DNA from: Rickettsiales bacterium
Lineage (GTDB): Bacteria; Pseudomonadota; Alphaproteobacteria; Rickettsiales; JABIRX01
Reading direction: 5' to 3'
NCBI GenBank assembly: GCA_965222515.1
Contig: CBDCUE010000021.1
Coordinates: 85,871 to 149,870 of the forward strand
DNA: 64,000 nt
The notes beneath the pieces are model-generated. The model searched no databases and was not told where the DNA came from. It worked only from the letters and a program-made list of their open reading frames with translations. This document shows positions 49,700 through 60,400 of this stretch, piece by piece. The position numbers and the translations under genes were made by a program. Each line of letters starts with the position of its first letter. The stretch's first letter is position 1.

Positions 49700-51706
49700 T
49701 TACTCAAACTCTACTAATAATTGCTCAACTGTTACATTGTCTCCTGCTTTTATTTTTATATCTTTAATTACCACATCTAAATCAGCTACTAAACAATTTT
49801 CCATTTTCATCGCCTCTACTATTAATAATTCTTGGCCAGCAGAAATTTTTTCTCCTATTTTAACTTTTACTTCAACAATTTTACCAGAAATTGGAGCAAT
49901 TAGAGTTTTTAAATTTTTATCTGCAGTTTTTTCTTTCATATGTCTCATTAATTCTGCAGTTTTTGGGGATACTACTAAAACATCTAAATAATTACCTAAA
50001 TAATTAAATCTATACAAACCAGAATTAGGCAATTGCTTTAATTTTAAACTAAATTCTTCTCCTGCAATATTTGCTTTAAAAAAAGGTTGTCCTATATTCC
50101 ACCTAACATTAGTGATTATAACCAACTCACCATTAAAAACTAACTCAAAACTATCTTCAGTTTTTCTAGTAACATCTATTAACACACTATCTTTACCAAC
50201 TATAACCGCCCATCTTGGATCTATATCATTAGTCTCTCCTTCCATTTTATCTGTGGTGCTCAAAGAACGATTTTTCTCAAGCCATTTGATAATTACCGAT
50301 GCATAAACAACATTTATACATTCATTATAAACTAATGATGATAATTTGTAACCTTCTGGATATTCTTCTGCTATATAATTAGTAGACAATTTTCCTGTTG
50401 AAAATTTTTTGCTAGCAAAAATATTTTCTAAAAAATGAATATTATCTAAAATTCCTTCAATATAATATTCATTTAATGCTTTTCTCATATATGAAATAGC
50501 CTCTTTTCTATTTTTTCCATAAGAACATAATTTGGCAACCATAGAATCATAATAAACACTAACCTCACCACCTTCATAAATTCCTGAATCAATTCTAATG
50601 TTCTTACCAGCTTTTGGCTCGTGATATTTGCTAATTCTACCACTTGATGGCAAAAAGTTTCTAGTAGGATCTTCTGCATAAATTCTTGATTCCATTGCCC
50701 AACCTTTTAGTTTTACATCTTTTTGTTCAAAAGATAATTTTTCTCCATTAGCCACTCTAATCATTTGCTCAACCAAATCTAAACCCGTGATTAATTCTGT
50801 CACAGGATGCTCTACCTGAAGTCTAGTATTCATTTCTAAGAAATAAAAATTTTTGCTTTGATCAACAATATATTCTACAGTTCCCGCAGAGCAATAATCA
50901 ACCTTTCTTGCTAATTCCTTACTTTGCTCATACATCTTGTTTCTAATTATCTCATCCAAAAGTGGACTAGGTGCTTCCTCTATTACTTTTTGATTATATC
51001 TTTGAATTGAACATTCCCTCTCTCCTAAACAAACTATATTACCATGCTGATCTGCCAAAACTTGAATTTCTATATGCCTAGGATTCTCAATAAATTTTTC
51101 TATAAATATTCTACCATCACCAAAACTATTAATAGCCTCCTTTGAAGCTGAACTAAAAGCAGAACCAATGTTTTTTTCGTTATGAACAATTCTCATCCCT
51201 CTTCCACCTCCGCCAGCTGCTGCTTTTACCATTACTGGATAACCAACATTTTTAGCAATTTCACTTGCTTCTTTCTCATCCTTAATCACACCCATATAAC
51301 CTGGCACAATATTTACCCCCGCTTCTTTAGCAATTTTTTTAGAAATAATTTTATCCCCCATATCATTTATGGCCCTAGATTTTGGCCCTATAAAAGACAC
51401 CCCTATTTTTTCCAATTCTTGACAAAACTTAGTGTTCTCTGATAAAAACCCATAACCTGGATGCACCGCATCAGCTCCAGATTCTTTGATTATTTTTAGC
51501 AGGTTTTTAATACTTAAATAACTAAAATTAGATGGCGATGGTCCTATATAATATGCCTCATCTGCCATCTGCACAGCTAAAGAATTTATATCAGCCTCAG
51601 AATATACAGCCACAGTTTTAATATTCATTTTTCTAGCCGTTTTAATAATTCTAACAGCTATCTCACCCCTATTAGCAATTAAAATTTTAGTAATCTGTTT
51701 CTTCAT
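49700..51706 (-). CDS. pccA: biotin-dependent acyl-CoA carboxylase alpha subunit (propionyl-CoA carboxylase PccA-like: biotin carboxylase + BCCP domains)
   Basis: ATP-grasp biotin carboxylase (KILIANRGEIAVRI, GGGGRGMRIV) and a C-terminal biotinyl-lysine motif EAMKMEN. 668 aa. Confidence 0.85.
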   Translation of the reverse strand: MKKQITKILIANRGEIAVRIIKTARKMNIKTVAVYSEADINSLAVQMADEAYYIGPSPSNFSYLSIKNLLKIIKESGADAVHPGYGFLSENTKFCQELEKIGVSFIGPKSRAINDMGDKIISKKIAKEAGVNIVPGYMGVIKDEKEASEIAKNVGYPVMVKAAAGGGGRGMRIVHNEKNIGSAFSSASKEAINSFGDGRIFIEKFIENPRHIEIQVLADQHGNIVCLGERECSIQRYNQKVIEEAPSPLLDEIIRNKMYEQSKELARKVDYCSAGTVEYIVDQSKNFYFLEMNTRLQVEHPVTELITGLDLVEQMIRVANGEKLSFEQKDVKLKGWAMESRIYAEDPTRNFLPSSGRISKYHEPKAGKNIRIDSGIYEGGEVSVYYDSMVAKLCSYGKNRKEAISYMRKALNEYYIEGILDNIHFLENIFASKKFSTGKLSTNYIAEEYPEGYKLSSLVYNECINVVYASVIIKWLEKNRSLSTTDKMEGETNDIDPRWAVIVGKDSVLIDVTRKTEDSFELVFNGELVIITNVRWNIGQPFFKANIAGEEFSLKLKQLPNSGLYRFNYLGNYLDVLVVSPKTAELMRHMKEKTADKNLKTLIAPISGKIVEVKVKIGEKISAGQELLIVEAMKMENCLVADLDVVIKDIKIKAGDNVTVEQLLVEFE

Positions 51707-51916
51707 TTTTTTTATTTTTTCAAGTTAAGGTTATTCAGTTCAAATTATTAATCTAATTAACATTTACACTTTTTTAATTCAGATTTTGTGTTAAGTCTAG
51801 TACAAACTTGTAATTTCCTGTTTGCCATAATATAATAACAAACAAAAAAATTAGAGGTATTGCCCCACTCAAGCAGACTGTGTCGCAATAGCGACAATAA
51901 CATTTTTTAGAAAAAA

Positions 51917-52019
51917 CCTCCCTCGCCGTCATCTTCGCGAAAGCGGGGATCCAAGGCAGATTACAGTTTTTTCAGATCTTTGCTACAATATATCCCCGCT
52001 TTCGCGAGGATGACGGAGG
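51917..52019. repeat. GC-rich palindromic element, copy 2 (complete; RPE-like)
   Basis: Arms cctccctcgccgtcatcttcgcgaaagcggggat / atccccgctttcgcgaggatgacggagg flank a 41-nt centre. Related to 1155-1252. Confidence 0.8.
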
Positions 52020-52084
52020 TGTGTGTTTCTTGTCAAAAATACAAATTTACTAATGCGACATAGCCTGAAAGCGAGGATCTTAGT

Positions 52085-52144
52085 GCAAAGAGGACGGAGG
52101 GGGGTTCTGGAGATTTTATTACCCTCTTACTCCGTCCTCTTTGC
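52085..52144. repeat. second GC-rich palindrome
   Basis: Perfect 15-bp arms gcaaagaggacggag / ctccgtcctctttgc separated by 30 nt. The track ORF 52023-52208 over it is probably spurious. Confidence 0.6.
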
Positions 52145-52221
52145 AGGAATGATGTCAGGACAGGGTTCTTGTGATATATTCAGTAACCAAACAGTCTTGG
52201 TAAAATGATGTGCAAAAAAAA

Positions 52222-52298
52222 TGGCGGGAGTGACGAGACTCGAACTCGCGACCTCCTGCGTGACAGGCAGGCGCTCTAACCAACTGAGCTACACCCCC
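52222..52298 (-). tRNA. tRNA-Asp (anticodon GUC)
   Basis: GGGGGTGTAGCTCAGTTGGTTAGAGCGCCTGCCTGTCACGCAGGAGGTCGCGAGTTCGAGTCTCGTCACTCCCGCCA. Confidence 0.95.
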
Positions 52299-52323
52299 AA
52301 AATATTGAGGTATTTTTTATAAA

Positions 52324-52400
52324 TGGTGGGTGATGAGAGATTCGAACTCCCGACCCTCTCGGTGTAAACGAGATGCTCTAGCCAGCTGAGCTAATCACCC
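52324..52400 (-). tRNA. tRNA-Val (anticodon UAC)
   Basis: GGGTGATTAGCTCAGCTGGCTAGAGCATCTCGTTTACACCGAGAGGGTCGGGAGTTCGAATCTCTCATCACCCACCA. Confidence 0.95.
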
Positions 52401-52414
52401 TTTTTAATTTTAGT

Positions 52415-52491
52415 TGGTGGAGGTAAGCGGATTCGAACCGCTGACCCCTTGCTTGCAAAGCAAGTGCTCTAGCCAACTGAGCTATACCCCC
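52415..52491 (-). tRNA. tRNA-Ala (anticodon UGC)
   Basis: GGGGGTATAGCTCAGTTGGCTAGAGCACTTGCTTTGCAAGCAAGGGGTCAGCGGTTCGAATCCGCTTACCTCCACCA. G3:U70 identity pair present. Confidence 0.95.
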
Positions 52492-52571
52492 TACAAAACT
52501 AAAATTATCTTTTTTTAAAAAGAAGACAGATATATAAAAGAAAAATTATATATTTGCAATGTTTTTTTTAA

Positions 52572-52988
52572 TTAACCAACTAATTCTTCCTGAGAAAAGA
52601 AGAATTTAATTTCATTTTCTGCATTTGCTAAAGAATCAGAGCCATGAACAGAATTTGCCTCTATTGATTCTGCAAAATCTTTTCTAATAGTTCCTTCACC
52701 TGCTTCTTCTGGATTTGTTGCTCCCATTACTTTTCTATTTAAGCTAACTGCATCATTTCCTTGCAATACTTGAATAACAACTGGAGCAGAGATCATAAAT
52801 GAAACTAAAGAATTAAAAAAAGGTCTTTCTTTGTGAATTTCATAAAAATTTTCAGCTTGTTCTTGAGATAGCTTAATTCTTTTTTGAGCGATAATTCTAA
52901 GCCCAGCTCCTTCTAAATAGCTATTAATTTTACCTGTAATATTTCTTTTAGTGGCATCTGGCTTGATGATTGATAATGTTTTTTCCAT
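52572..52988 (-). CDS. ndk: nucleoside diphosphate kinase
   Basis: TLSIIKPDA and the active-site NSVHGSDS. 138 aa. Confidence 0.95.
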   Translation of the reverse strand: MEKTLSIIKPDATKRNITGKINSYLEGAGLRIIAQKRIKLSQEQAENFYEIHKERPFFNSLVSFMISAPVVIQVLQGNDAVSLNRKVMGATNPEEAGEGTIRKDFAESIEANSVHGSDSLANAENEIKFFFSQEELVG

Positions 52989-53009
52989 TGTTCTATAGTA
53001 AATGTTAAT

Positions 53010-53050
53010 AATGATACTATCTCCAGTTAATAACTGGAGATAGTATCATT
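53010..53050 (-). terminator. perfect 20-bp-arm palindrome between the mscS-family gene and ndk
   Basis: aatgatactatctccagtta-a-taactggagatagtatcatt. Lies 97 nt downstream of the MscS-family stop codon. Sequence-related to the inverted repeat at 3981-4036. Confidence 0.5.
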
Positions 53051-53146
53051 ATATTATTATATAAAACACTAATAAAATTATCAAGGTTAATTTTTAATCT
53101 AAAAAAATAGCCTTGGCAATTTTGTTTGGTATAAGTTGTAATAATA

Positions 53147-54196
53147 TTATTTAGCTAGATCTTCTAAAAGCATTGCAGGTAATGAAAACCTTGCTTTGTT
53201 TTTTCTTATTATATCTCCTATATCAAAAAGAATTTTATGCTTAATTTTTTGAAACTCCTTCCATTCTGTTTCATAAATATGACAATAAACTGCAACCTCT
53301 AATGAAGATTTGGCAAAATCATTAAAATTTACAAAAGATACTTCATCATTATCTATCAAATCAGAATTATCAAAATATTCTTGCACCGCATCGGCAATTA
53401 TATTTAATTGCTGAAAATCTTTATAATAAATATTTATTTTCTCGTAAATTCTTCTATGAGACATCCTTGACGGATTTTCAACTACAATAGTAGTAAAAAT
53501 TGAATTAGGAACATAAATAGGTCTTTTGGCAAAAGTAATTATTTTGGTTAATCTCCAGCCAATCTGATCCACCACCCCCTCTATTTCTCTATCAGGAGAT
53601 TTTATCCAATCACCTATTTTAAATGGCTTGTCTAAAAAAATCATTATTGCCCCAAAAAAATTTGCCAATAAATCTTTAGCAGCAAAACCAACGGCAATAC
53701 CTCCCATTCCTCCAAAAGCAAGCAAGCCACCTACATTTAAACCTAAATTATGCATCAATATCAAAATTGTAGTAATAATTACACTAGCTTTAATTAATTT
53801 TGTAATAATATTAATAGTGTGTATTTGTTCTTTAGAATTAACTGATTTTTTTCTTAAATATAGTTTTTCTATCTGAGTTGATAGCTTCAAAACAAAAGAA
53901 CAAGTTATAAAAATAATAGCTATATTGATAATTGTTTGAACTTTTTTGATTTCTAAATCATAACCTAAAATAGATAAAACTATTAAGGCTCCTAATAGAT
54001 AAATAGTAACTTTAACAGGCTTTATTAAAGAAATGAGCAAGGCATTATCCCAAAGATGACTAGTTTTTCTTGCTTTGTTTAGCAAATAATTAAGAACTTT
54101 TCTAACTATAAAACTAATGAAAAGAGTAGCCAAAACTATTGTGAATATTTTGAATTCTAAATCATAGCTATTGATGAGTTTGCTTAAATATAACAT
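53147..54196 (-). CDS. mechanosensitive ion channel family protein (MscS-like)
   Basis: N-terminal TM helices, then the MscS pore/beta-domain motif FLDKPFKIGDWI...EGVVDQIGWRLTKI. Confidence 0.85.
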   Translation of the reverse strand: MLYLSKLINSYDLEFKIFTIVLATLFISFIVRKVLNYLLNKARKTSHLWDNALLISLIKPVKVTIYLLGALIVLSILGYDLEIKKVQTIINIAIIFITCSFVLKLSTQIEKLYLRKKSVNSKEQIHTINIITKLIKASVIITTILILMHNLGLNVGGLLAFGGMGGIAVGFAAKDLLANFFGAIMIFLDKPFKIGDWIKSPDREIEGVVDQIGWRLTKIITFAKRPIYVPNSIFTTIVVENPSRMSHRRIYEKINIYYKDFQQLNIIADAVQEYFDNSDLIDNDEVSFVNFNDFAKSSLEVAVYCHIYETEWKEFQKIKHKILFDIGDIIRKNKARFSLPAMLLEDLAK

Positions 54197-54770
54197 TGTT
54201 TTTTTGATAATTAACAGAAGATAAAATATTGTTTATTTCGTGTAAAGGAAGGCCCATAATATTAGAAATTGATCCTGAAACCCAAGACAGATGTTTTCCC
54301 ATCAAGCCTTCAATTGCATAACCCCCTGAACATCCTTGCCACTCCTTACATTCTATAATTTCTTCTATTTCTTGTTTAGAAAATCTTTTGAATTTTAAAA
54401 CAGACATAGAATCTTTTGCAATAGCAATATTCTTATTGTAAATCTTAGCTGAAATACTGGTGTACAGTCTGTGCCTTCTGCCCCCAATTAATTTCAAATA
54501 TTCTCTTTCTATCTTATCATCATAAGTTTTATCTAAAATTCTTGTGCCAACAACAGAAACCGTATCTGCTGATATAACCAAATCATCTGGATATAATTTT
54601 GCTATTTTTTTACATTTTGCCTCCGATAATCTTCTGCACATATCTAAAGGTTTTTCTTTTTTCTCTCTAAGTTCCTCAATATCTGGACTAATGATTAAAT
54701 CAGGAACTATACGAATTTGCTTTAATAAATTCAATCTTGATTTTGAACCTGATGCTAAAATAAGTTGCAT
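54168..54770 (-). CDS. maf: Maf-like nucleoside triphosphate pyrophosphatase
   Basis: LILASGSKSRLNLL N-terminus, GCSGGYAIEG and GLPL motifs. Confidence 0.85.
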   Translation of the reverse strand: MQLILASGSKSRLNLLKQIRIVPDLIISPDIEELREKKEKPLDMCRRLSEAKCKKIAKLYPDDLVISADTVSVVGTRILDKTYDDKIEREYLKLIGGRRHRLYTSISAKIYNKNIAIAKDSMSVLKFKRFSKQEIEEIIECKEWQGCSGGYAIEGLMGKHLSWVSGSISNIMGLPLHEINNILSSVNYQKNNVIFKQTHQ

Positions 54771-54988
54771 TACTTCTTTCTATGAGTAATTCTTCCTTTG
54801 CTCAAATCATAAGGTGTCATCTCAACCGTTACATCGTCATGTAACAAAATTCTAATTCTAAATTTTCTTATTTTACCAGAAGTATGAGCCAAAATAACAT
54901 GCCCATTTTCCAATTCTACTTTAAACATAGCATTGGGTAAAATCTCTATTACCTTGCCCTCAAATTGTATCAATTCTTCTTTCGCCAT
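54770..54988 (-). CDS. infA: translation initiation factor IF-1
   Basis: [42 protein letters not shown]... 72 aa. Confidence 0.95.
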   Translation of the reverse strand: MAKEELIQFEGKVIEILPNAMFKVELENGHVILAHTSGKIRKFRIRILLHDDVTVEMTPYDLSKGRITHRKK

Positions 54989-55099
54989 TTTTTTTATTTT
55001 TTTAAGTTAGTTTTTTTTAAGTTAAGTTAGTTAAATGCAAGGTTACAATTTATGGAGCATTTACACAAACCAATTTATTGCCTTTTTATTATCTCTGGC

Positions 55100-55135
55100 A
55101 AAACAAGCTAGGAGCAATTGCTCCCCCGACATCAT
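55100..55135. repeat. GGAGCA-RY-TGCTCC core repeat, inverted copy
   Basis: aaaacaagctaggagcaattgctcccccgacatc. Confidence 0.6.
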
Positions 55136-55249
55136 TCTTGAATCATACATTAAAATATGTATATACTAATCTGATTTCAAAATATTGATTTTATCTGCAG
55201 ATTAGTATAAGTTGAACTTTACTAATTAACTTTTGATGTTAATAATAAA

Positions 55250-55378
55250 ATGATTAATAATCAAACAAATAATTTTTTAGAAATTGATGTTTCTAAAGAT
55301 GAACTTGTTATCTACAGTTTTGTAGATAACAAAACAAAATCTAGCCCTAATGATAAAAGCTCTATTGTCAGTCTTTAA
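55250..55378 (+). mobile_element. IS110-family transposase N-terminal remnant
   Basis: The 42-aa ORF MINNQTNNFLEIDVSKDELVIYSF... resembles the IS110 N-terminal motif (iGIDVSKd.L.v). Truncated. Confidence 0.35.
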
Positions 55379-55490
55379 ATCCACACAAGCATAACCTAGA
55401 TCAAACAGCTTTGCCATATATGTTTGTTAATAAAAAAAATCTTGCATAATATGTGGAATTTGATAGTTTTGTCTTGGTGTTAAGAAAAGT

Positions 55491-55600
55491 AAATGTTTTG
55501 TAGATCGCAAAAAGTACATAACAACCTTAACATTCAAAAATGTGTAAATGCTTTGCAGATTGCGATACTGCACATAACAACCTTAACTTTAAAAAAACAA
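55491..55600. repeat. two-copy imperfect tandem repeat (period 55 nt) upstream of ruvX
   Basis: aaatgttttgtagatcgcaaaaagtacataacaaccttaacattcaaaaa / aaatgctttgcagattgcgatactgcacataacaaccttaactttaaaaa. The ataacaacctta core recurs at about 57447. Confidence 0.6.
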
Positions 55601-55605
55601 AAAAT

Positions 55606-56061
55606 ATGATTATTAAGAAAGTGGCTCGTGTTAGGGAGGATGTTTTTCAGAATAGAGCGGTAGTTTCTGTTGATTTTGGGACTAAGAGGTTTGGTGTTGC
55701 TCATTCTGATAAGTCAGGAATTATTGCAACTCCGTTTGTTAATTATGAAAGATTAGGTATTGATCAAGATGTTGATTTGATTAGACATATTTTACAAAAA
55801 TATGATAGTAATATTTTGTTGTTTGGTTATCCTAAAGATGAACAAAATAAGAATAACAAAATAATTAAGCAAATTGAGAGTTTTGCAGATATTGTAAATA
55901 ATGCTATTTTAGATATAAATATCTTTTTTTTTGATGAGAGATATTCTTCTAAGGCGGCAGAGCAAATAACTAAAGAAAAAGAATTTAGAAATGTTAAGGA
56001 TGATAAAATAGCAGCTACTATATTTCTACAAGCTTTTTTAGACTTTAAAAATAACAAATAA
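55606..56061 (+). CDS. ruvX: YqgF/RuvX putative pre-16S rRNA nuclease (Holliday-junction-resolvase-like)
   Basis: VVSVDFGTKRFGVAHSD N-terminal motif and DERYSS. The track start at 55540 lies in the tandem repeat, so the ATG at 55606 (MIIKKVARV...) is more plausible. Confidence 0.8.
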   Translation: MIIKKVARVREDVFQNRAVVSVDFGTKRFGVAHSDKSGIIATPFVNYERLGIDQDVDLIRHILQKYDSNILLFGYPKDEQNKNNKIIKQIESFADIVNNAILDINIFFFDERYSSKAAEQITKEKEFRNVKDDKIAATIFLQAFLDFKNNK

Positions 56062-56063
56062 AA

Positions 56064-57383
56064 ATGACTGTAATAACTAGATTTTCACCCAGCCCAACAG
56101 GAGACATTCATATAGGAAATGTTAGAACTGCATTAATTAATTATTTATGGACAAAAAAGAAAGAAGGGAAATTTCTTTTAAGGATGGATGATACAGATCC
56201 TAAAAGATCAAAAAAAGAATGGACAGAAAACATTAAAGAAGATTTGCTTTGGTTGAGCATTAGCTGGGATGAATTTTATCAACAATCAGACAAATTAGAG
56301 TTTTATAATCAGAAAAAAAAAGAATTAGTCAAAATAGGAAAAATTTATCCCTGTTTTGAAACAGAAAAAGAATTATCTTTTAAAAGAAAAATACAATTAT
56401 CACAAAAAATAACTCCAATTTATGATAGAGATTCTTTAAAACTATCTAAAGAAAAGCAGGAAGAAAAAATAAAGCAAGGCATAAAACCATATTATCGCTT
56501 TTTATTAGATGATAATGTAGTTAGCTGGGAAGATGGTGTTAAAGGTATGATTTTTTTTAAAAAAAGAGCATTTTCTGATCCTGTTGTTTTTCGTGCAGAT
56601 GGTAGCCCAACCTATACTTTTTGCTCTGTTATAGATGATATTGATTATAATATTACCGATGTCATAAGAGGAGAAGATCATATTTCTAATACTGCTGTGC
56701 AAATACAAATTTTTAGAAGCTTAACCGATAAATTACCAAATTTTCATCATTTATCTTTATTAAAAACTAAAGAAAGTGGAATTTCAAAAAGATATGGAGG
56801 ATTTTCAGTGAGAGAGTTAAGAGAACAAGGTATTGACCCTATGGCCATCAATTCATTGCTAAGCAGAATGGGTTCATCTTTAAATATTGATCCTTGCTCT
56901 TCTATGCAAGAAGTAGAAAAAGATTTTGCAATGAAAAATTTTTCTAGCTCTGCTGTATTATATAATACAAAAGATGTTTTTTTATTAAATAGAAAAATTT
57001 TAGCAAAGAAATCTTTTTTTGAGGCAAAAAAACATTTTACAGACGATATCACAGAAGAATTCTGGAATTCAATTAGAGAAAATATAATCAGTTATAATGA
57101 TATTAAAGAATGGTATGATATTTTTTATAAAGAAATTAAAACAACAATAAATCCTGAAGAAAGAGCATTTATTAAAATTGTGGCTGATAATTTACCAGAA
57201 GATATTAGCGATTTTAAATTATGGATAAAAGATATTATTGTTAAAACTGGCAAAAAAGGAAGAGAATTATACCACCCTTTGAGAATAGCACTAACTGGTA
57301 AAGAACAAGGACCAGAGCTTAGCAAAATAGTCCCTTTATTAGGCAGACATATTATTTTAAATAGATTAAAAAGGAATTTTTGA
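56064..57383 (+). CDS. gltX: glutamyl-tRNA synthetase
   Basis: RFSPSPTGDIHIGNVRTAL (HIGH) and a KMSKS variant GISKRYG. 439 aa. Confidence 0.85.
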   Translation: MTVITRFSPSPTGDIHIGNVRTALINYLWTKKKEGKFLLRMDDTDPKRSKKEWTENIKEDLLWLSISWDEFYQQSDKLEFYNQKKKELVKIGKIYPCFETEKELSFKRKIQLSQKITPIYDRDSLKLSKEKQEEKIKQGIKPYYRFLLDDNVVSWEDGVKGMIFFKKRAFSDPVVFRADGSPTYTFCSVIDDIDYNITDVIRGEDHISNTAVQIQIFRSLTDKLPNFHHLSLLKTKESGISKRYGGFSVRELREQGIDPMAINSLLSRMGSSLNIDPCSSMQEVEKDFAMKNFSSSAVLYNTKDVFLLNRKILAKKSFFEAKKHFTDDITEEFWNSIRENIISYNDIKEWYDIFYKEIKTTINPEERAFIKIVADNLPEDISDFKLWIKDIIVKTGKKGRELYHPLRIALTGKEQGPELSKIVPLLGRHIILNRLKRNF

Positions 57384-57482
57384 ATTTTTTCTTGTAGAAG
57401 CCCTATTTTTATGTTACCATAGTAATATATGGGGTTGGTTATATGAAATAACAACCTTATAAAATTGCAATATAAGGGATCT

Positions 57483-60400
57483 ATGTTTTTCAATAATTAT
57501 GGTACAAATTTTGCCGAATATATTAATTCATCTAACAAAAATAACTCAACTACCGAGATTGCTTTTTTTTCCGATAATGAAGATCATATAGAAGAGACTT
57601 TTGTCTCTTTTATCCAAGTTTTGGAAAAAGATATAGAACAAAGAATAGAAATATCAAGTTTAGTAGCAACAGAAGAACAACAACCTAGTATTTCTCAAAA
57701 ATACATAAATTCACTAGAACAGCAAAACACACAACAAGAACAGCTTGCATCTCAAAATAATGAAGTAATATTAAATCATCAAGATAAAATAATAGAAGTT
57801 ACAAATACACCAGAAACACTAAGCTTTAATACATTTAGTGTTACTCAAAAAACACTGGGAGAAATACAGGAGATACAAGGCATATCTGAGCAATTTAAAA
57901 AAGCACAAGAAAAGAATTTTGATATTATTAATATTGAAATAAAAGCTCCTGCTCAAAAAATTGCCATACCATTTAAATCTGAAACAGAAAAACTACAAGA
58001 AATACAAATAGAGCAAAAAAAACAAGAGAAAAAACTACAAACAGAGCAACAAGCAGAGCAAGAAGCAGAGCAAGAAGAACAAGAGCAACCAACAGATCAG
58101 CAAGCAGAAACAAACCATCAACCAGAAATAGTAAAACCAAATATTTATCTTAGTGTAGATGGAAAAAATGGAACTTTTGATATTGCAAATATTACAACAA
58201 ATTTTGCACATATTATTGATGGAATAACATTCTCTATTGAAGCTAATCAAGATAATTATCTTGAAGATAGCACTGAAAACTTAACAAATCTAAGTAACAA
58301 CTTTTTATATAACAAAGATAATGTTTCATATATTGATTACATCTCTAATATAGATAGCTATGTTTCATTTAATACAACTTTTTCTGCTGTTTCTGTTGTT
58401 TCTGGTTTGGTTGCTAATATCACAGAAGGGCAAACTACAGTTTCAAGCATAGTAAGCAATCTTACAAATGTTGGTTTTGTTGGAGATAGCGGAACAGGTA
58501 GTGCTAATTATGGAACTTATTCTGTGTCAGAAATTGGTTTTTGGATATATATTCCAGATATAATAAAATTTGATAGCTTAGCAGAAGGAGAGATGGTTCA
58601 AGACAGCTTCTCTGTCACTACTAGCGATGGAAAGACAGAAACCATAACTATTAATTTAATTGGAGTAAATGATCCAGCAATTATTACTGGGGATAATAGC
58701 GGTAGTTTAATAGAAGATGACTCAGTTACTACCTCTGTTTTTGGAAATTTATCCGTTAATGATGTTGATACAAATCAAAGTAGATTTAATGTTCTTACCG
58801 ATGAGACCTCTACTTATGGAACATTTTCTATTACAGAAGATGGAGCTTGGCAATATCAATTAGATAATAATAAATCACAATCTTTAAATGTATCAGGTAT
58901 TACGACAGAAGAGATTAAGGTAACTTCTGTTGATGGCACAGAACATTTAATTACTATTTTTTTATCTGGTGTCAATGATGTTGCAACTATCACTGGCTTT
59001 AATGATAAAACTATTAGTTTAAATGATAATATAATAAAAATTGCTAATGATGTTGTTATAGAAGATGTTGATGATGCTAATTTGAATAATGTTACTATTC
59101 AAATCACTAATTATAATAATACAGAAGATTTATTCTATTTTGAAGATCAAGTAATAACATTAACAAATAATGAAACTAGTTTAGAAAACACAGGATTTAA
59201 CTATATAGCCACAGAAGACTCATCCACTCAATTAACCATAACGATAACAGGAGATAAAACAATAGCAGAATATCAATCATTAGTAAGTAGCTTTTCTTAT
59301 AATAAGAGTAATACAACAAATCCAGACACAACTACTAAAAACATTACAATAACTGTTGATCAAGGGATTGCTAATGAAGCTCAAATTGTAGCAAATCTAA
59401 TTATTACAGCTTTAACAACAAGTGAAAATACGACAAGCAATCCAGCTGATGATACCACAACTTTATTTACTGCTCAAGAGCCAGAAATAGATTCAATCAG
59501 TAAAACATATGAAATCACCTCTGTAATGGATAAACAAGAAAATGATGTAGTAGGATTATTTGAAATAGATGCTAACACTGGAGAAGTAAGTCTAGTTACA
59601 GGACAAAATTTTGATTATGAAACTGCTCAAAGATATGATATAACTATCAATGTAAAAGATCAAAATGGCAATATATTACAAACACAAAATTATGTTTTTA
59701 ATATAACTGATTTAGATGATGGAAACTTTGCATTTATTGAAACAAATTATCTTGAAAGTAATAGTGCTAACATAATCTCTGCTTATAATTTTGAAAATTC
59801 TGTTACTGGAGGGATAAGTAATAATTTAGTGGATGATATAGCTCACAAAAGTTCTGATGTTAACGAAAAAGATGGGACAATTGGAACAGGAGCAAATTCT
59901 GGAGTAACTGCAACAGATAATTCAAAAGGAAATTTTTTGTCATTAGATGGCACAAATACTGCAAACTTATCTTTAGGAAATATTACTTTAAGCAATGAAT
60001 TTTCTTTATCAGGTTGGTTTAAGTTTAATCAAGATGACACTAACTCTAATGAATATTTATTTTCTGCAACAACTGAAAATGGAGGGAGTTTTTCTATATA
60101 TAGAACAGCTAATGATCATAGTATTATATTTTTATATAGAGAAAGCCATTCTAACAATGCTACTGATGATTATATAATCATTAATAATATAATAGACACA
60201 AGTGCAACAACAAATGAATTTGATCATTACAGCTTTACTATGAAAAGCATTATTAAAGATGATAGAGATGCAATCAATGTATCAGCCTATGTAAATGGTA
60301 TATTAAACATGTCAGAAATAGTATTTTCAGCTGGAGGAAATTTAACTTTAGCAGGTGATTATAGCAATGCAGAAATTGGTAATGTCCTTGATGGCGGAGT

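Noticed and set aside
52023-52208. 61-aa plus-strand ORF
   Set aside because: Consists almost entirely of the GC-rich palindromic repeats upstream of tRNA-Asp. Its Arg/Gly-rich composition is typical of a translated repeat.
58035-60177. Track ORFs 58035-58250 (minus) and 59995-60177 (plus)
   Set aside because: Both lie inside the 6.5-kb open reading frame of the giant repeat protein, in other frames, so they are artefacts.
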